64,000 nt of DNA, from contig OX597825.1 in assembly GCA_951406725.2 (NCBI GenBank), forward strand, positions 60,574,001 to 60,638,000, given 5' to 3'. This document shows positions 1-13,534 of the stretch, in pieces (the first letter of the stretch is position 1; each line of letters opens with the position of its first letter). The notes beneath the pieces were generated by a model that was given only the letters and a program-made list of their open reading frames with translations, searched no databases and was not told where the DNA came from. The stretch comes from Octopus vulgaris (Eukaryota). The translations under genes and the position numbers were made by a program.

Positions 1-42
1 CATACATACATACATACATACATACATACATACATACATACA
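1..42. repeat. (CATA)n microsatellite
   Basis: Direct tetranucleotide repeat. Confidence 0.95.
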
Positions 43-624
43 TGCAAAGCCAAATTGCTTTGCACGACACAATGCAAATGGCGCATGAACCGTCTGCTTG
101 TATGCCAAAACGTTTCATACCACTACAAGCTGTCCCCGAACTTGCAAAACACAGACTTTAAAAGATCGTTGAAGCACACGCGCGTGCATTATTTTCGTTC
201 ATAATCGACATGCAGTATGACTGAAGGGTCCTAGAGTCATTGTATTTTCCAGCTGAGCTTTGAATTTTATTTTCCTATTTGCGTCAAAAACTTATGTATA
301 TAATAGTACATTTCGGGTAGTGTTATTTTTTATTCATGTCCTTTAAATCAACGTTCTTTTCTCTGATATCCTTCTTCAGTAGCATAGGTTCTTTTTGAAA
401 TTATTACCTTTCCACATTCATAAATATAATATAAGAAGAAAAGGTAATCAAACATGCAGATACACTTAACATTAACAACACATTTTGTAGAACGATCTGT
501 GTGATTGCTTTCTATATTTCCCAACAAACTCAAAATGTTTCGTCTTATGAAAAAGGATACAGTGCTGAAGCTCTAGTTTCTCTAATAATCCCGCTATCGA
601 AATCTCACCTTCTATGTTAATATA

Positions 625-930
625 AAACGATAAACGTCGCCCTTTTCAAGCCTAGCCAGACTTATGGGCCCGGTTTTCCGGTTTCTGTGTTCTCCCCAGC
701 TGGACGGGACGCCAGTCCATCGCAGCGCTACTCAAGAAACAGGAAAAGAGAGAGAAAGTTGTGGCGAAAGAGTACAACAGGGGTCACCACCACCCCTTGC
801 CGGAGCCACGTGGAGCTTTTTTTTAGATATTTTCGCTCAATAAACACACACAAAGCCCGGTCTGGGATCGAAACCTCAATCCTCCGACCGTGTGTCCGCT
901 GCCCTAACCACTGGACTATTGTGCTTCCAC
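625..930 (-). mobile_element. tRNA-derived SINE, head type C (octopus OR1-like), tail type 1
   Basis: Same head as 10737 and 61947 (A/B-box-like ...cagtggttagggcagcgga...ggtttcgatccc); 14-bp TSD tctatgttaatata at 611-624 and 931-944. Family name from recall only. Confidence 0.9.
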
Positions 931-967
931 TCTATGTTAATATACAAATTATTATATATTATTTATA

Positions 968-1379
968 GGCGCAGGAGTGGCTGTGTGGTAAGTAGCTTGC
1001 TAACCAACCACATGGTTCCGGGTTCAGTCCCACTGCGTGGCATCTTGGGCAAGTGTCTTCTACTATAGCCTCAGGCCGACCAATGCCTTGTGAGTGGATT
1101 TGGTAGACGGAAACTGAAAGAAGCCTGTCGTATATATGTATATATATATAAGTGTGTGTGTATATGTTTGTGTGTCTGTGTTTGTCCCCCTAGCATTGTT
1201 AATGTTGACAACCGATGCTGGTGTGTTTACGTCCCCGTCACTTAGCGGTTCGGCAAAAGAGACCGATAGAATAAGTACTGGGCTTACAAAGAATAAGTCG
1301 ATTTGCTCGACTAAAGGCGGTGCTCCAACATGGCCGCAGTCAAATGACTGAAACAAGTAAAAGAGTAAAGAGTAAAGAG
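968..1379 (+). mobile_element. tRNA-derived SINE, family A (ggcgcaggagtggctgtgtggtaagtagcttgc... head)
   Basis: A box (tggctgtgtggt) and B box (gggttcagtccc), internal TA/TG tract, (agtaaag)n tail; near-identical copies at 11689/17157, 43066 and 62289. Confidence 0.92.
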
Positions 1380-2481
1380 ATATAACATGATATTGCAGGG
1401 ATTTTTTTTTCTTTAAAGTTCAAAAGTTGTTACAAAAAGTCTCCACGGCATACCACTGCTGATATGTATGCCATAGATTCACTTATTCTTGTGTTCTGTG
1501 CGTTTACACGTCGCTTCAACGAACGAAAAATGCTTCATTTTCTTGGTTTTTTTACAAAGCAATTCATCTGCTTATTCTTAACCAAACCATATTATCGACT
1601 CCTATAAATCTACTTCCCGAGTAATGTTGTTGCCTTTGTTCAATGGATGCCGTATTTTCAAACATTGCTAGTGTCATAATTTTTTTCTCATATTCTAGTA
1701 TTGTCCCAAATATACCATATTGTATTTTTATTCTGAACTACATATACTTCCCACAATATCTGAAATGATTAATGAAAATAACTATGTTCTCCACATATAA
1801 CACATTGTGTCTGCGACTTTATATTTGCAGTGAGTTGCATATTCTCCCAGTAGATTTTTCTGGTAGGTAGCTCATGTTACTTGAATGGCCCATACAAGAT
1901 TTGTGTATACAAAGAAAACACTATCAATGCGAGTAATCGATGATTGTTTGAAATAACTGGCTTAACTCTTATTCAAATAATCAATAATTTTATTTTTACC
2001 GTAACAGTTTTTGTAAAGAATATTTTTCAATAGTTCGATCTTGTACCATTTCTCTGAATTGTTCGTCAGTTTATAATATTTTAAGGGAAAATTTAACGTG
2101 AATATATTTAATGTTTGAAATTAAATAAGCGCTTTACTTTTTAACTGTTATCTGTACAAATCTTATTCATAGTCTTAAATTTACATCGGAATTGCCATAA
2201 GATATGCATACATTTACTAAAAGTAATATATTTTGATCGAAACGTATTATTGATTTATTTAACTACAGCATTACAAATTTATAGAAATATTGAAGCAGAC
2301 TATTTTTCTATTCATACATTCCTGGACGGTAATAACGGTGTAAGGATAATGAAAACTGTTTCAATGAACGACTGAAATCGTCTCCCGAAATAGGCGCATT
2401 ATGAATTTATTCCTTATACTTATCGCTTTTAGGTTTCTCCAATAATTTAAAGATTAATATTGAAAACGAATCTAATGAATA

Positions 2482-2650
<169 letters not shown>

Positions 2651-3021
2651 TTCATATTTATTTATTATTCCGACCAAAGCTAAATATATTGCATAATTTA
2701 GTTTTTTCACAGTTAGTGGGCCGCCCCCCAGAGAAGATGCACCCGGTTTTTTTCTATGTATGTCATTAAGTTAGTCATATTTTCTGTTATGTGATCAATG
2801 AAGTCGATATCCAAGTAATTTGCGACTTAAAGCTTTTGCAAGCTGATCAGTATTTATAGAACAATTTTGGGTAGTAATAAAGGACCAAATCGAATAAATT
2901 GCCACAGAAAAATACAGACAGTTTATGAGGACATCTATTTAAAGATTACTAACTTTCTCTTAACCTATTATTTGCCTTACTTTTCAGATAAATAATGTCA
3001 GACATCAGATTGAATCAGCAA

Positions 3022-4191
3022 ATGAAAAGGCACGCAGTAATCATTGCCTTAAGAGATACCTCGCTTCCTGTAAGTTTCCCGATCTTTCGTTATCAAAGTT
3101 CCAAAAGACCTGAAAGCTGTTGACGGTAATCAAACATCAGTTGGTACGCGCAGGGCGCACAGAGATCTAGTAACATCAGAATATATAACATTACCTAAAG
3201 CCTCCAATAAATAAACGATAAGATCTTCGGAGAGTGAATCCGAGCTATTGCAAAGCACTGGTAGATTTCATAATGCACCATCAGACGAAATGTGTATGAA
3301 GACATTCGGTAGGTACAAGTGGTATGTGATACAGAGGATTCAGTTTATGTTGGATGCGATAAGAGGGAATCGTTCGATCGTGTAAAGCGCTTGATAATCA
3401 AGCCGTATTTCGTCTGCCGCTACGTTCTGAGTTCAAATTCCGCCGAGGTCGACTTTGCCTTTCATCCTTTCGGGGTCGATTAAATAAGCACCAGTTACGC
3501 ACTGGGGTCGATGTAATTGACTTAATCCCTTTGTCTGTCCTTGTTTGTCCCCTCTATGTTTAGCCCCCTGTGGGCAATAAAGAAATAGATAATCAAGCTG
3601 AAGCATTGAGAGGCTGGCATACTTTGGTTTTTCTCCGATGAGAAAAGCGTCGATTAGTGCCAAAAGGTAAAGTGGAAGGACAAAAGATGGTTATCCAGAG
3701 ACGCGAATGAGTTCCAATAGTTATGCATATTAGGTTTGCCAGCAACCGTGATGTTTCTGGGAGTCGTCAGTAACGAAGGAAATATCGAAGTTCCAATGCC
3801 GTTGTCTACACAGAAGTGCTGGAAAAAGTCGTGAGACCTTTGATAGAAAGAGTACGCAAAGGAAGATCTTACGTTTTCCACTAAGACTCTGTACCGTCTC
3901 ATAACTCTTGAAGGATCCTGGCGTGGATACGTGCCTATATCTATGATCATGTTCTCTCAGACACATGGCCTCCTGGCTCATTAGACTTCAATCCAATGAA
4001 TTATAATATTTGGGGCGTAGTCGAGAGAGAGAGAGCTCAATAATCACCACCATAATGATATACACGCTCTCAAGTCTGCCATTAATAGCACTTTATCCCA
4101 AACTAATAAAGATCGTATGATTTGGGCATGTTAAAATTTTCGATAGACCTGCATTGAAGCAGAACTCTGATGTTTCATTGAACAGATGTAA
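3022..4191 (+). pseudogene. Decayed Tc1/mariner-superfamily transposase (maT/DD37D-like), interrupted by a SINE
   Basis: Fragments read MKRHAVIIALR (3022), FSDEK (~3630), TWPPGSLDFNPMNYNIWGVVERE (~3963-4030; cf. WPPxSPDLNPxDxxxWG); many stops and frameshifts. Confidence 0.8.
3404..3587 (+). mobile_element. SINE family B, 5'-truncated, Tx1-like tail
   Basis: Central gactttgcctttcatcctttcggggtcgat domain; tail ...tccttgtttgtcccctct...gggcaataaagaaata; 11-bp TSD gataatcaagc at 3393-3403 and 3588-3598. Confidence 0.9.
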
Positions 4192-6409
4192 TAAAACGGT
4201 TCTCCAAATTATTTGTACCGATTTGTCTTTAAATACAGCCTTTCTTTTCGAAATTAAAACAAATGACTTCAAAACCCTGACGCTACCTGCTCTGCAACAT
4301 AAGGGTTAGCTGACAGCTTGTGATACCTGATCGATTTCTTACTCAATCTAAAATATTTCGCCAATAATTAAATCTAACCAAAACACAACCATCTATACAA
4401 TGATTATATAATGCATTCGCACTCAAATGTTATCCCAACAACTCATCGTAGAAAAATCTATTACTGTATAAAACGTGGCTGTGATTATCTTGGTAAGGTT
4501 TACTGTAGCCCGCTTATTGTCTTTGTGATTGTAATTACGTTTATATTTTAAACATTATCAAATCGGTAACAACCTCCCACCCTTAAAATAAATTATACAT
4601 ATATCCATCTAAATGGGCTTTACAAAATCCAACCAATCGCTGATGAATGGAATTAATTTCTGATTATTGTACACTGTTGTTTAATTTCAAGTATTTAATT
4701 TACTAAAACTTCTAGGTACATGTTTAAATTATGCACTGGAAACAACTGTCTATAATATGCCTGTTAATTATCAATATAAGGTGAATAAGATAGCCAATGT
4801 ATGCTCTTGATAAATAGTTTGAAATATCTACCATTAATTATATAAGTGGAGTAGAGAAATTATTAAGTGTTGCTTAACTTTATTCTTTGGCATAGTTAGT
4901 AAAGAAAAGACGACGCCATGTTTGTCACCTTAGATTTCTCCATAGAATCTACTTCTGACACTGTTCAAAGTGATTTGTTATTTCGGAGAAATGTGACTGG
5001 AGAGATTTATTTTAATAACTGTTGAAAGCTTTAGAAATTATCACATTAACGCCTTCACTTTTTAAATGTGTGGTCAATCACCCCATTTTCAAATTAAATG
5101 AAACTATTATTGGCATCAATTTCTCTAGCTTTATAGAATTGAAAGTGACAAGGAAGACTAAAAAGTCAATAAAAGCGAGCATTTCAGGATTGATTGTTTG
5201 TACCTAATATACTGAACTTCTTTGAATTTGCTTTATTAGGTTCAATTAACATCATTATAATTATCTTAGTTAAAGAAATTGTAAAGTATAAATCATTCTA
5301 AAAACTTACAATGATCTATGAATTTGCAAATGGGGGAGGTTTTGTAATGGAGTCTATGAAGCCTTATTTCTATATAGAAATCCTTAGTCTTTTAGTTGAT
5401 CATCTAACACCTTCTGAGAGCGGATATACCTGATAGTACCTATCTGAGAGTGGAGCGGTCACCCTTTCAAAACAATATGTCTATAATTTTTCTGTTCAGA
5501 TGAATGGTTTCGTTCGTCGATTTTTAGAGAGATTTTAAGAGGTAAAAGGGAAATTAGAATTGCTCCGAGACTGAATGTATACTGTAGTTTCTAATTTCTA
5601 ACAAAGAAATTGGATGCAAATGAGCGAAAATAATCAATGCCCTCCACCAGATATTCTCAATAAGAACATCCTATCAGGGTTTCAGTATAAAACCAGATTT
5701 AATTCAGAACATCACACTAATATTTTAAAGTCTGTCGAGAAAATATACGATTTCGAAATTTAGCCAATACACGTGGGAGAAAGAGAAACAGATTTGAAGC
5801 AAGAAATTTCCGCTGTCTTAACACAAGATTAAAGCGGATATCTACAGAGAACTTACTTAGTAAAGCAAATTTTCATTTTCTGAATAAGGAATATAATCTA
5901 GCTGAACTAAACTACGAAAATAATGAGAGAATTGTTTCATGACTGGTATCATTCTAATTAGATTTGCTTGCAAAGGGTTTATATTTGAAGATACAAAACT
6001 AGAAGTATATATTTGCTGGTAACTGGTCGGAAAGGAAACAAAAATATGACATTAAATTGATTACTACTTTCTATCGAAGACAGCTTTCGGCATATATCTT
6101 ACCTGAGTCAAAATCTGATATCTTACAGAATGTTGATTTACCACTCCGGTGCACTGGTGAGAAAAAGGGTTGCGAAATGAATGCATCTTTCTTAACTCAT
6201 GCTAGGATAGATTAAACGATTATATCTATTCCACTATTCTGGCGTTGATTCTCCAAAGCATGTATGCAAAGACTAAGATTAATATAGTTGCAATATAGCG
6301 AACCGTATATGCTGGTTTACGCAACATTTCTCTTATTGTCTCAAGAATAATAAAACACTGATACAGAATCACGAGTTCCTGATCTTAAAAGCAATGAAAA
6401 CTATATAAT

Positions 6410-6664
6410 AAATAAATGCGCCCTTTTAAAGCCTAGTCAGGCTCATGGGCCCAGTTTCCCGGTTTCTATGGCGTATGTGTTCCCCAGCTGGACGGGACGC
6501 CAGTCCATCGCTGCGTTACACATTTTCGCCACCTGAGTGGACTGGAGCAACGTGAAATGAAGTGTTTTGCTCAAGAGCACAACGCGTCGCCCTGTCCAGT
6601 AATCTAAACCACAATCTTACGATCATGATGCTGACACCCTAACCACTAAGCCACGCGACTCCAC
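6410..6664 (-). mobile_element. tRNA-derived SINE, head type D (OR2/CORE-like), tail type 1
   Basis: Homologous to 36921-37183; CORE-like gttgtgctcttgagcaaaacactt; tail shared with 625-930. Confidence 0.88.
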
Positions 6665-6938
6665 TAATAATAACTATACTGGATTTAATTTAGACATCAT
6701 GGGTACAATAAATAAATATTTAGCGAAGGGCAAGAATATTTAGTGAATAAATGAAAATTGTTTATCTGTTACTGATTAAGAAATTTCGCTTTTGCATTAT
6801 CGTAAGCATTAAATATACACGCTTAAAACATATCTCTAAACTCCTGCGGATACAATGAAAAAGAACGGAATTACTGGAAATTTCTAAATTATATGGTTTA
6901 ATTTGGTCGGGGTGAAATTACATTTTCTATAAAATTAA

Positions 6939-7168
6939 TATTTCTTTATTGCCCACAAGGGGCTAAACATAGAGGGGACAAACAAGGACAGACAAAGGGA
7001 TTAAGCCGATTAGATTGACCCAGTGCGTAACTGGTACTTATTTAATCGACCCCGAAAAGATGAAAGGCAAAGTCGACCTCGGCGGAATTTGAACTCAGAA
7101 CGTAGTGGCAGACGAAATACCGCTAAGCATTTCGTCCGGCGTGCTAACGTTTCTGCCAGCTCACAGCC
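6939..7168 (-). mobile_element. SINE family B, full length, Tx1-like tail
   Basis: Homologous to 3404, 35807 and 49627; flanked by attttctataaaatt duplication. Confidence 0.9.
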
Positions 7169-7859
7169 TTAATTTTCTATTTTCTATAAAATTTTCTATA
7201 AAAATTATGTTAGAGACACAAATCGTTTTTTTACACAGTACATGCCCAATATATTAACCCTTTTCTTACAAAGGGGATACTGGTTCTCAGTGTAGTGGAA
7301 TTTATATCTGATGAACGATGAAATGGTTGTACATGTCACACATTTTTTCCATCAAACTTTGCGTTAGACTAACGTACAAGAAACCTCTGTGCCGTAGAAC
7401 AGGGTGTTAGAAATAACAACCTACTAGCAAGATTCTATATGTTCTTGAGTTCATGAAATTCCTAATTTAACACCTTAGTCTATGCAAAAGATATACTCGC
7501 AATAACCAACAATGCCACCGCCGAATACTTTCTTTTAGATAGCGTGTTAGTGCTAGTATCTGCACGTACAACACACTCGTATACATTCTCATATAGAGAT
7601 AAGTATATGTACATATGTGAACGTATATGCATGTGTGATTGTACATGTCCATGTACATGTTTAGCTTTCTATACACATATACATATATAATGACGCGCGT
7701 ACACAGAGATATACATACACGCACATACATACAGACACGTAGACAGGCGTGCACACGCACATTCACACACGCAGAGGCTTGTGTCAATGCGTGCATAACT
7801 ATATCTCTTGTTTTATCCACCAATCAGACCTTTGTCCCCTTTCACTTTGCAATATTTCA

Positions 7860-7937
7860 ATATTATTATTGTTGTTGATATTATTATTATCATCATTACT
7901 ATTACTATTACTATTACTATTATCATTATTATTATTA

Positions 7938-7986
<49 letters not shown>

Positions 7987-8203
7987 CATCATTGTTTTTG
8001 TTGTTGTTGTTCATGGCGATGCATGTAGGCATATATTTGACTATGGCTACATATATATATATATATATATATATAAGCATATATATATATATAAGCATAT
8101 ATATATATACATAAATACATACGTACATACATACACATATATGTATATATATATATGTGTGTGTGTGGAAATGTATAAACATGCATTGATATATTGTCTA
8201 GAT

Positions 8204-8236
<33 letters not shown>

Positions 8237-8292
8237 GTTGTTGTTATTATCATTATTATTATTATTATTATTATCATTATTATTATTATTAT

Positions 8293-8371
<79 letters not shown>
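7860..8371. repeat. Compound (ATT)n/(TA)n/(AGT)n microsatellite cluster
   Basis: Direct repeats; source of poly-I/N/S/L ORFs. Confidence 0.95.
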
Positions 8372-9614
8372 TGCAAAAACAACAGCAACAGAAAAAACAA
8401 CAATGATAATGACAATAATAATAATGATAAATACACACAGAGAAAGCGCAAAAGCGAGATTAGTAAGACAACAGATACAATTACACGATGTGTGTGTGTG
8501 TATGTTTGTATATGTGTGTATGTTTTTGTTCTTGTGAGTGTTCGTGTAAGTGTCTGTACGGGAATATATGTGTGGTTGCATGATCAGGTGCGCGTCTGTG
8601 TGAATATGTGTATATGTGTGTTTGCGCGCGCCTCTGTGTGTGTATGTGTGTGCATCTATGTACATGCGTATGTGAACTTTTGTCTATATATGGCTTGCGT
8701 GAGTGGGGAGGTTATCAATTCAGCAGGAAAGATAAACGAAACATAAAGATGAAACTCGATTCTAGCAGAAAGATATCTCTATAAACATATTGGACTTTCA
8801 TACTCATTCGTTGACTTAGCTACGGGCAGAATGTTCATCAAAGACATCACAACTGTCGAAGCTTCATTGTAAACTGGTCACGAGAAGATGGCATTTGTAA
8901 TATGAGATTGTTTTTCTGTTTACATCTAGCGAATGTGCGTTTGACCGAGAGCTTTTTATTTTATCTACCTTTGATAGTGTTACACTAATATCATTGGGAC
9001 AACAATATTGATACATACGCAAGTAGATATGCACGATAATATACATAAATATGTACACAAACATACACATATACACACATACACACATACGCACACATTA
9101 ATACAAAGTGAATGAAGATGTACATGCAAACATACAAACCAATATATCAATATATATATATATATATGTGTGTGCGTATACACACATATATACATATAAA
9201 TATATACATATATATAATATATACATATGTGTGTGTGTGTGTGTATGTGTATGCAACTTTACAGACCTGCTTGTCTGCCTATCTCCATATTTACCTTCCT
9301 ACCTTCCTACCTACTTACCTACCTAACTAACTACCTACCTGCCTTCCTACCTGCCTACCTACCTACCTATCTACCTGCCTGCCTGCCTGCCTGCCTACAT
9401 ACATAAATACGTAGATAGATAGATAGATATTTAGGTAGATATATAGATTGATTGATAAATACATACATATTTACATAATTACACAATACACACGTACATT
9501 CATAGGTATGTACATACTTATATAACTACATGCAGACACACACTTGCCAAGCAAATAAACTCTCCAAATATGTAAGAATGGATACTACGAGCCATATAAA
9601 GCGCGAAAAAATGT

Positions 9615-9748
9615 AAAACGATAAACGTTGCCGTTTTCAAGCCTAGCCAGGCCCATGGGCCCGGTTTCCCGGTTTCTGTGGCGTATGTGTCCCCCTCCCA
9701 GCTGGACAGGACGCCAGTCCATCGCAGCGTCACTCAGGAAACAGGAAG
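9615..9748 (-). mobile_element. SINE 3' fragment (tail type 1)
   Basis: Matches the tail of 625-760 (aagcctagccagg...gccagtccatcgcagcg). Confidence 0.8.
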
Positions 9749-10203
9749 AGAGTAGTTCCGTCCTACTCGCTGCTTCATAATAAACAGTAGAGAAAAGAAA
9801 CCCAAACCCACTGATAGGTGGTGCTCCAGTAGGGTCACAACCTTGGGGGCTAAAACGTATAAGAAAATAAAAGATTAATAGATGTATGTATGTGTGTATA
9901 TACTCATACATACATACATACATACATGTATACACACACACATATATATAAACAGGTTAAAATTTAAATGCGCTAGAGTGTGTAATGATATATATAGCTT
10001 TTTTTAATTGAAATTGAGGTGTTGATGAATGCCTTGAAATTGATGTGATTGCGTATATATCAGCTTTCTTTCTCTGTATCTGAATAGATACAATTAGACG
10101 TAATAGGTTCGTTAGAAAAGAAATTCCCTTTCTTGAACATCTGACTGTAGACCTTTACTTTTTAAAAATCTGTCATTTTTATTGCACTATACATACGTTG
10201 TAT

Positions 10204-10265
<62 letters not shown>

Positions 10266-10736
10266 CCATACAACGTAAACTTGTGTGCCTTTGTGAGTAT
10301 GTGTATGTATTTTAGTGAGGGCATATGTGTGATTTTACGTGCGTGCATATCTCAATGAATTCAAGATAAAAAAAAGTAATTTCGAAGGGAATCATATTTG
10401 AAACATGGCCTTTCGTCTTCATAATAGCTATTTAACAAACAATTATTCTTGTAGAAGAATGCTGCAGAGAAAAGCGGGGACAGAAAATGTAAGGAGAATA
10501 AAAAATCGGAACAAAAGTTGGGATCTTCTTGAAAAAAGTCGTGGGTGGAGTAAATTTGGATAGTTTACGAATTATGGGATTGGACATACATAGAAGGAAA
10601 AAATAATATAGATTGCAGGGAAAGAGGGTAAAAATTATTATTCATTTGAATGCTTTAAATGGAAGTTGATGAATGACAAGGAACTGATTTAAATATGCGT
10701 AAATTCTCCACTATATCATAGTTCATATAAAGTGCT

Positions 10737-11118
10737 GAGGCGCAATGGCCCAGTCGTTAGGGAAGCGGACTCGCGGTCGTAGGATCGCGGTTTCAATTCC
10801 CAGACCGGGCGTTGTGAGTGTTTATTGAGCTAAAATACCTAAAGCTCCACGAGGCTCCGGCAGGGATGGTGGTTATCCCTGCTGTACTCTTTCACCACAA
10901 CTTTATCTCACTCTTTCCTCCTGTTTCTGTTGTACCTGTAATTCAAAGGGTCGGCCTTGTCACTCTCTGTGTCACGCTGAATATCTCCGAGAACTACGTT
11001 CAGGGTACACGTGTCTGTGGAGTGCTCAGCCACTTAAACGTTAATTTCACGAGCAGGCTGTTCCGTTGATCGGATCAACCGGAACCCTCATCGTCGTAAC
11101 CGACGGAGTGCTTCTAAA
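10737..11118 (+). mobile_element. SINE head type C (OR1-like), tail type 2
   Basis: tRNA-like head; 10-bp TSD ataaagtgct at 10727-10736 and 11119-11128. Confidence 0.9.
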
Positions 11119-11688
11119 ATAAAGTGCTACAATATGAACTGTCATAGACTGGGTAACTTTTCAAGTATACATTTGCCTCCATAAATAATACCAGAAAATA
11201 TGGCATACATGCAATGGTTAAAAATCAATTTTTATAACATTTCTTACACAAAATAATGAAATGTATAGTAAATTTCAGAAGAAAAAATATTTATTGCCTT
11301 AAAACGAAATTAAATAACACAAATATCTCAATGGTATAAATCGTCTCATAACTACTCCGTCATTTACTCTATCTCCTTCTATCCTGTGTCTCTCTGGCTG
11401 TATTTGCAAATAGCATTACTTTACCAGGCAGAATTCGCCTTGCTGTGTGTGATAAAGAATGGGCCGTTGTATTGCCAGGTTCTGTACATTTTCTCTCTAC
11501 CAAATTACGAGCAAAGGATTCTATATGAGTGTCTGCTGCACTCAACTTGGCAGATATCCTAAGTTTGAGGATCTAACTCCTTGATTTCGAGATTGGAAAT
11601 TGGTGTTCTTAACCATTCCTTATTTTTACATGCAAGCTGAAATAAAAGAAATAAGGCAACAAAATGAATGATTAAATAACCTAACATA

Positions 11689-11726
11689 GGCGCAGGAGTG
11701 GCTGTGTGGTAAGTAGCTTGCTAACC
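11689..11726 (+). mobile_element. 5' part of a family A SINE split by the Tx1 insertion
   Basis: Identical to the start of the 968 copy; continues at 17157. Confidence 0.92.
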
Positions 11727-12115
11727 TCACTGACAGAAGAGTGACTTTGCCTACCGTACTACGGTTTGGACGCGTTTTCTTCCCGGTAAGAGTTTTGCTG
11801 TGTTGTTAATTGTTGAATTCCTACTACTGAAAATTTGCCTTTAAACGTTGCTGAACTGTCTTGTTCTCCGGTTTTACCGGGAAATAATTGAATAATTTCT
11901 TACCGTTGAACTGTTAGCCACTGTGGCTTTTTATTTACGTGACTATATATAGTCCTGCCAGACTATTTTCGTGCCCCTCCCCCGAATGGGGGTGGGAATT
12001 GGAATTTTTGAACTGCTTTTTTGAACTACTTTGGAAGAAAAACTTTCTATAGGTTTCCCAGTTTTGTGGGAAACCAATATTCGTAATTTTTGTGTTGTCT
12101 AATTTCAACAGAATA

Positions 12116-13518
12116 ATGTCTGTTGAAATTATTCACGAAAGTAGTGCTCTTGAGGAGAGCAATGTTAAAAAATTTTCTGAGGTAGCCGCAGTGGCTACCG
12201 AGAAAATTGACATCGATGTCAACCAGCTCGTCGAGCTATTTAAAAGAATGCAAGAGGAGGGTGGTGATGTTAAAATATCACCCTCCGCCAGTATCGTGGA
12301 GACCGAGAAGCGGACCGTAGTGTTTAAAACTTTCTGTCCACAAAGCAGAAGGTTCAAACACTTTGAAAAAAGCACCATCGAGAAATGCCTGTCCCCGATT
12401 TGGAAGGACATCGTGTACGTCGCCAGGGGACGGGCATATGGCACTGTGGATGTCCGCTTCTCGGGGGAAGAAATGGCCCGCGGGCATTCTGTGAACCCCC
12501 TAAAAACCAAGGAGGTGGTACTTTTTCCAAGCTATAGGGGACGCAGGTCGTCCCGGGTCAGGATTGTAGAAGCCCCGCCGGACGTAGATCCGGTAGAGGT
12601 AGTGGCCGCCCTGTTATATAAAAGGGCGGACAAAATAAAAATACTAGAAGTAACATGCTCTACCCCTCGATTTTGGCTCGGGCGTAACATTAATATATTA
12701 ATTCAAGGAACAGCGGAGGACCTGCAGCTCCTTCCTGAGAGGGTGCTCGTGGGCGAGAACGTAGCCCTCAGGGTACAGGTCGAAGGCCGAAAACCCACCT
12801 GTTACGCCTGCAGCAAAAAGGGCCACATTCGTGTAGACTGTCCAGACAAGCAAAAGAAACCGCAGACACCAGGCCCCTCAGATAATAAAAAAGTCCCTAC
12901 CCTTGCAAACACACCTACCCCTACAAAAACAAAAAATCCCACTCCTGCTGTTACGGTGCCAACCCCAAAACAGACTGAAGAAAAAACCCAGCCCTCGCAC
13001 TCACAAACCCCTACACTATTAAAACCTCCCACCCCCTAAAAACTGCGGCGCCTACCGAACAAACTATTGCTACCACAGACGATACCATGGAGGTATCAGA
13101 GGGGGGATTTACACCAGTTCGTAAAAGAATTCGTGCAGCATCCCCGTCCACATCCCCTACAAAAAATAATAAAAACAAAGACACACCACAGACACGGAAA
13201 AAAAAATCCCGCTCAACTGGCCCAGAAAAAGAAGACGAAAAAGAAAATGAACTCATATTAATTGAATTCGACACACAAGACAAATACATAAACGATATTG
13301 TGGTTCAGCATCAGTCAGCAAGACTGTACAACAAATACAAAGATCGAAATAGACACGCGTGGATTGCGGAAACAACGTTCAAACAATTAAAAGACAGACA
13401 CCCAAACGCCATCCGGCATGTCGCGAACTTGCCGGACTATCTGAAGAAAGAGGAGAAAGAAGGGGCCCACAAACGTGTGGTGAGGTCGGCCCCCACCTCT
13501 CCAACGAAATGTAAGTAG
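12116..13518 (+). CDS. Retrotransposon ORF1 (gag-like nucleic-acid-binding protein, CCHC zinc knuckle); one frameshift between 12979 and 13036
   Basis: ATG 12116; CYACSKKGHIRVDC knuckle; Pro/Thr-rich linker ends at TAA 13037-13039 and continues in another frame (LKTAAPTEQ...MEVSEGGFTPVRKR...) to TAG 13518, 16 nt before ORF2. Confidence 0.85.
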
Positions 13519-13534
13519 AACCTTTACTTTTGTA

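Noticed and set aside
968-1040. tRNA genes
   Set aside because: tRNA-like A/B boxes belong to SINE heads; no complete cloverleaf seen.
1063-1356. Recurrent small ORFs (MTTDAGVFTSPS..., MLGGQTQTHK...)
   Set aside because: Chance frames inside family A SINE copies, repeated at each copy.
1430-2450. Possible old transposon coding remnant
   Set aside because: No diagnostic motif found.
5200-6350. Complex non-repetitive stretch, possible decayed retroelement or exon
   Set aside because: No recognisable motif or sustained frame by eye; BLASTX needed.
7303-7335. CTGATGA...GAAA hammerhead-like string
   Set aside because: No stem II or stem I can be formed.
7749-8746. Long ORFs (up to 312 aa) of poly-I/L/N/S/T
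   Set aside because: Open only because (ATT)n/(AGT)n/(TA)n repeats lack stops; no coding signature.
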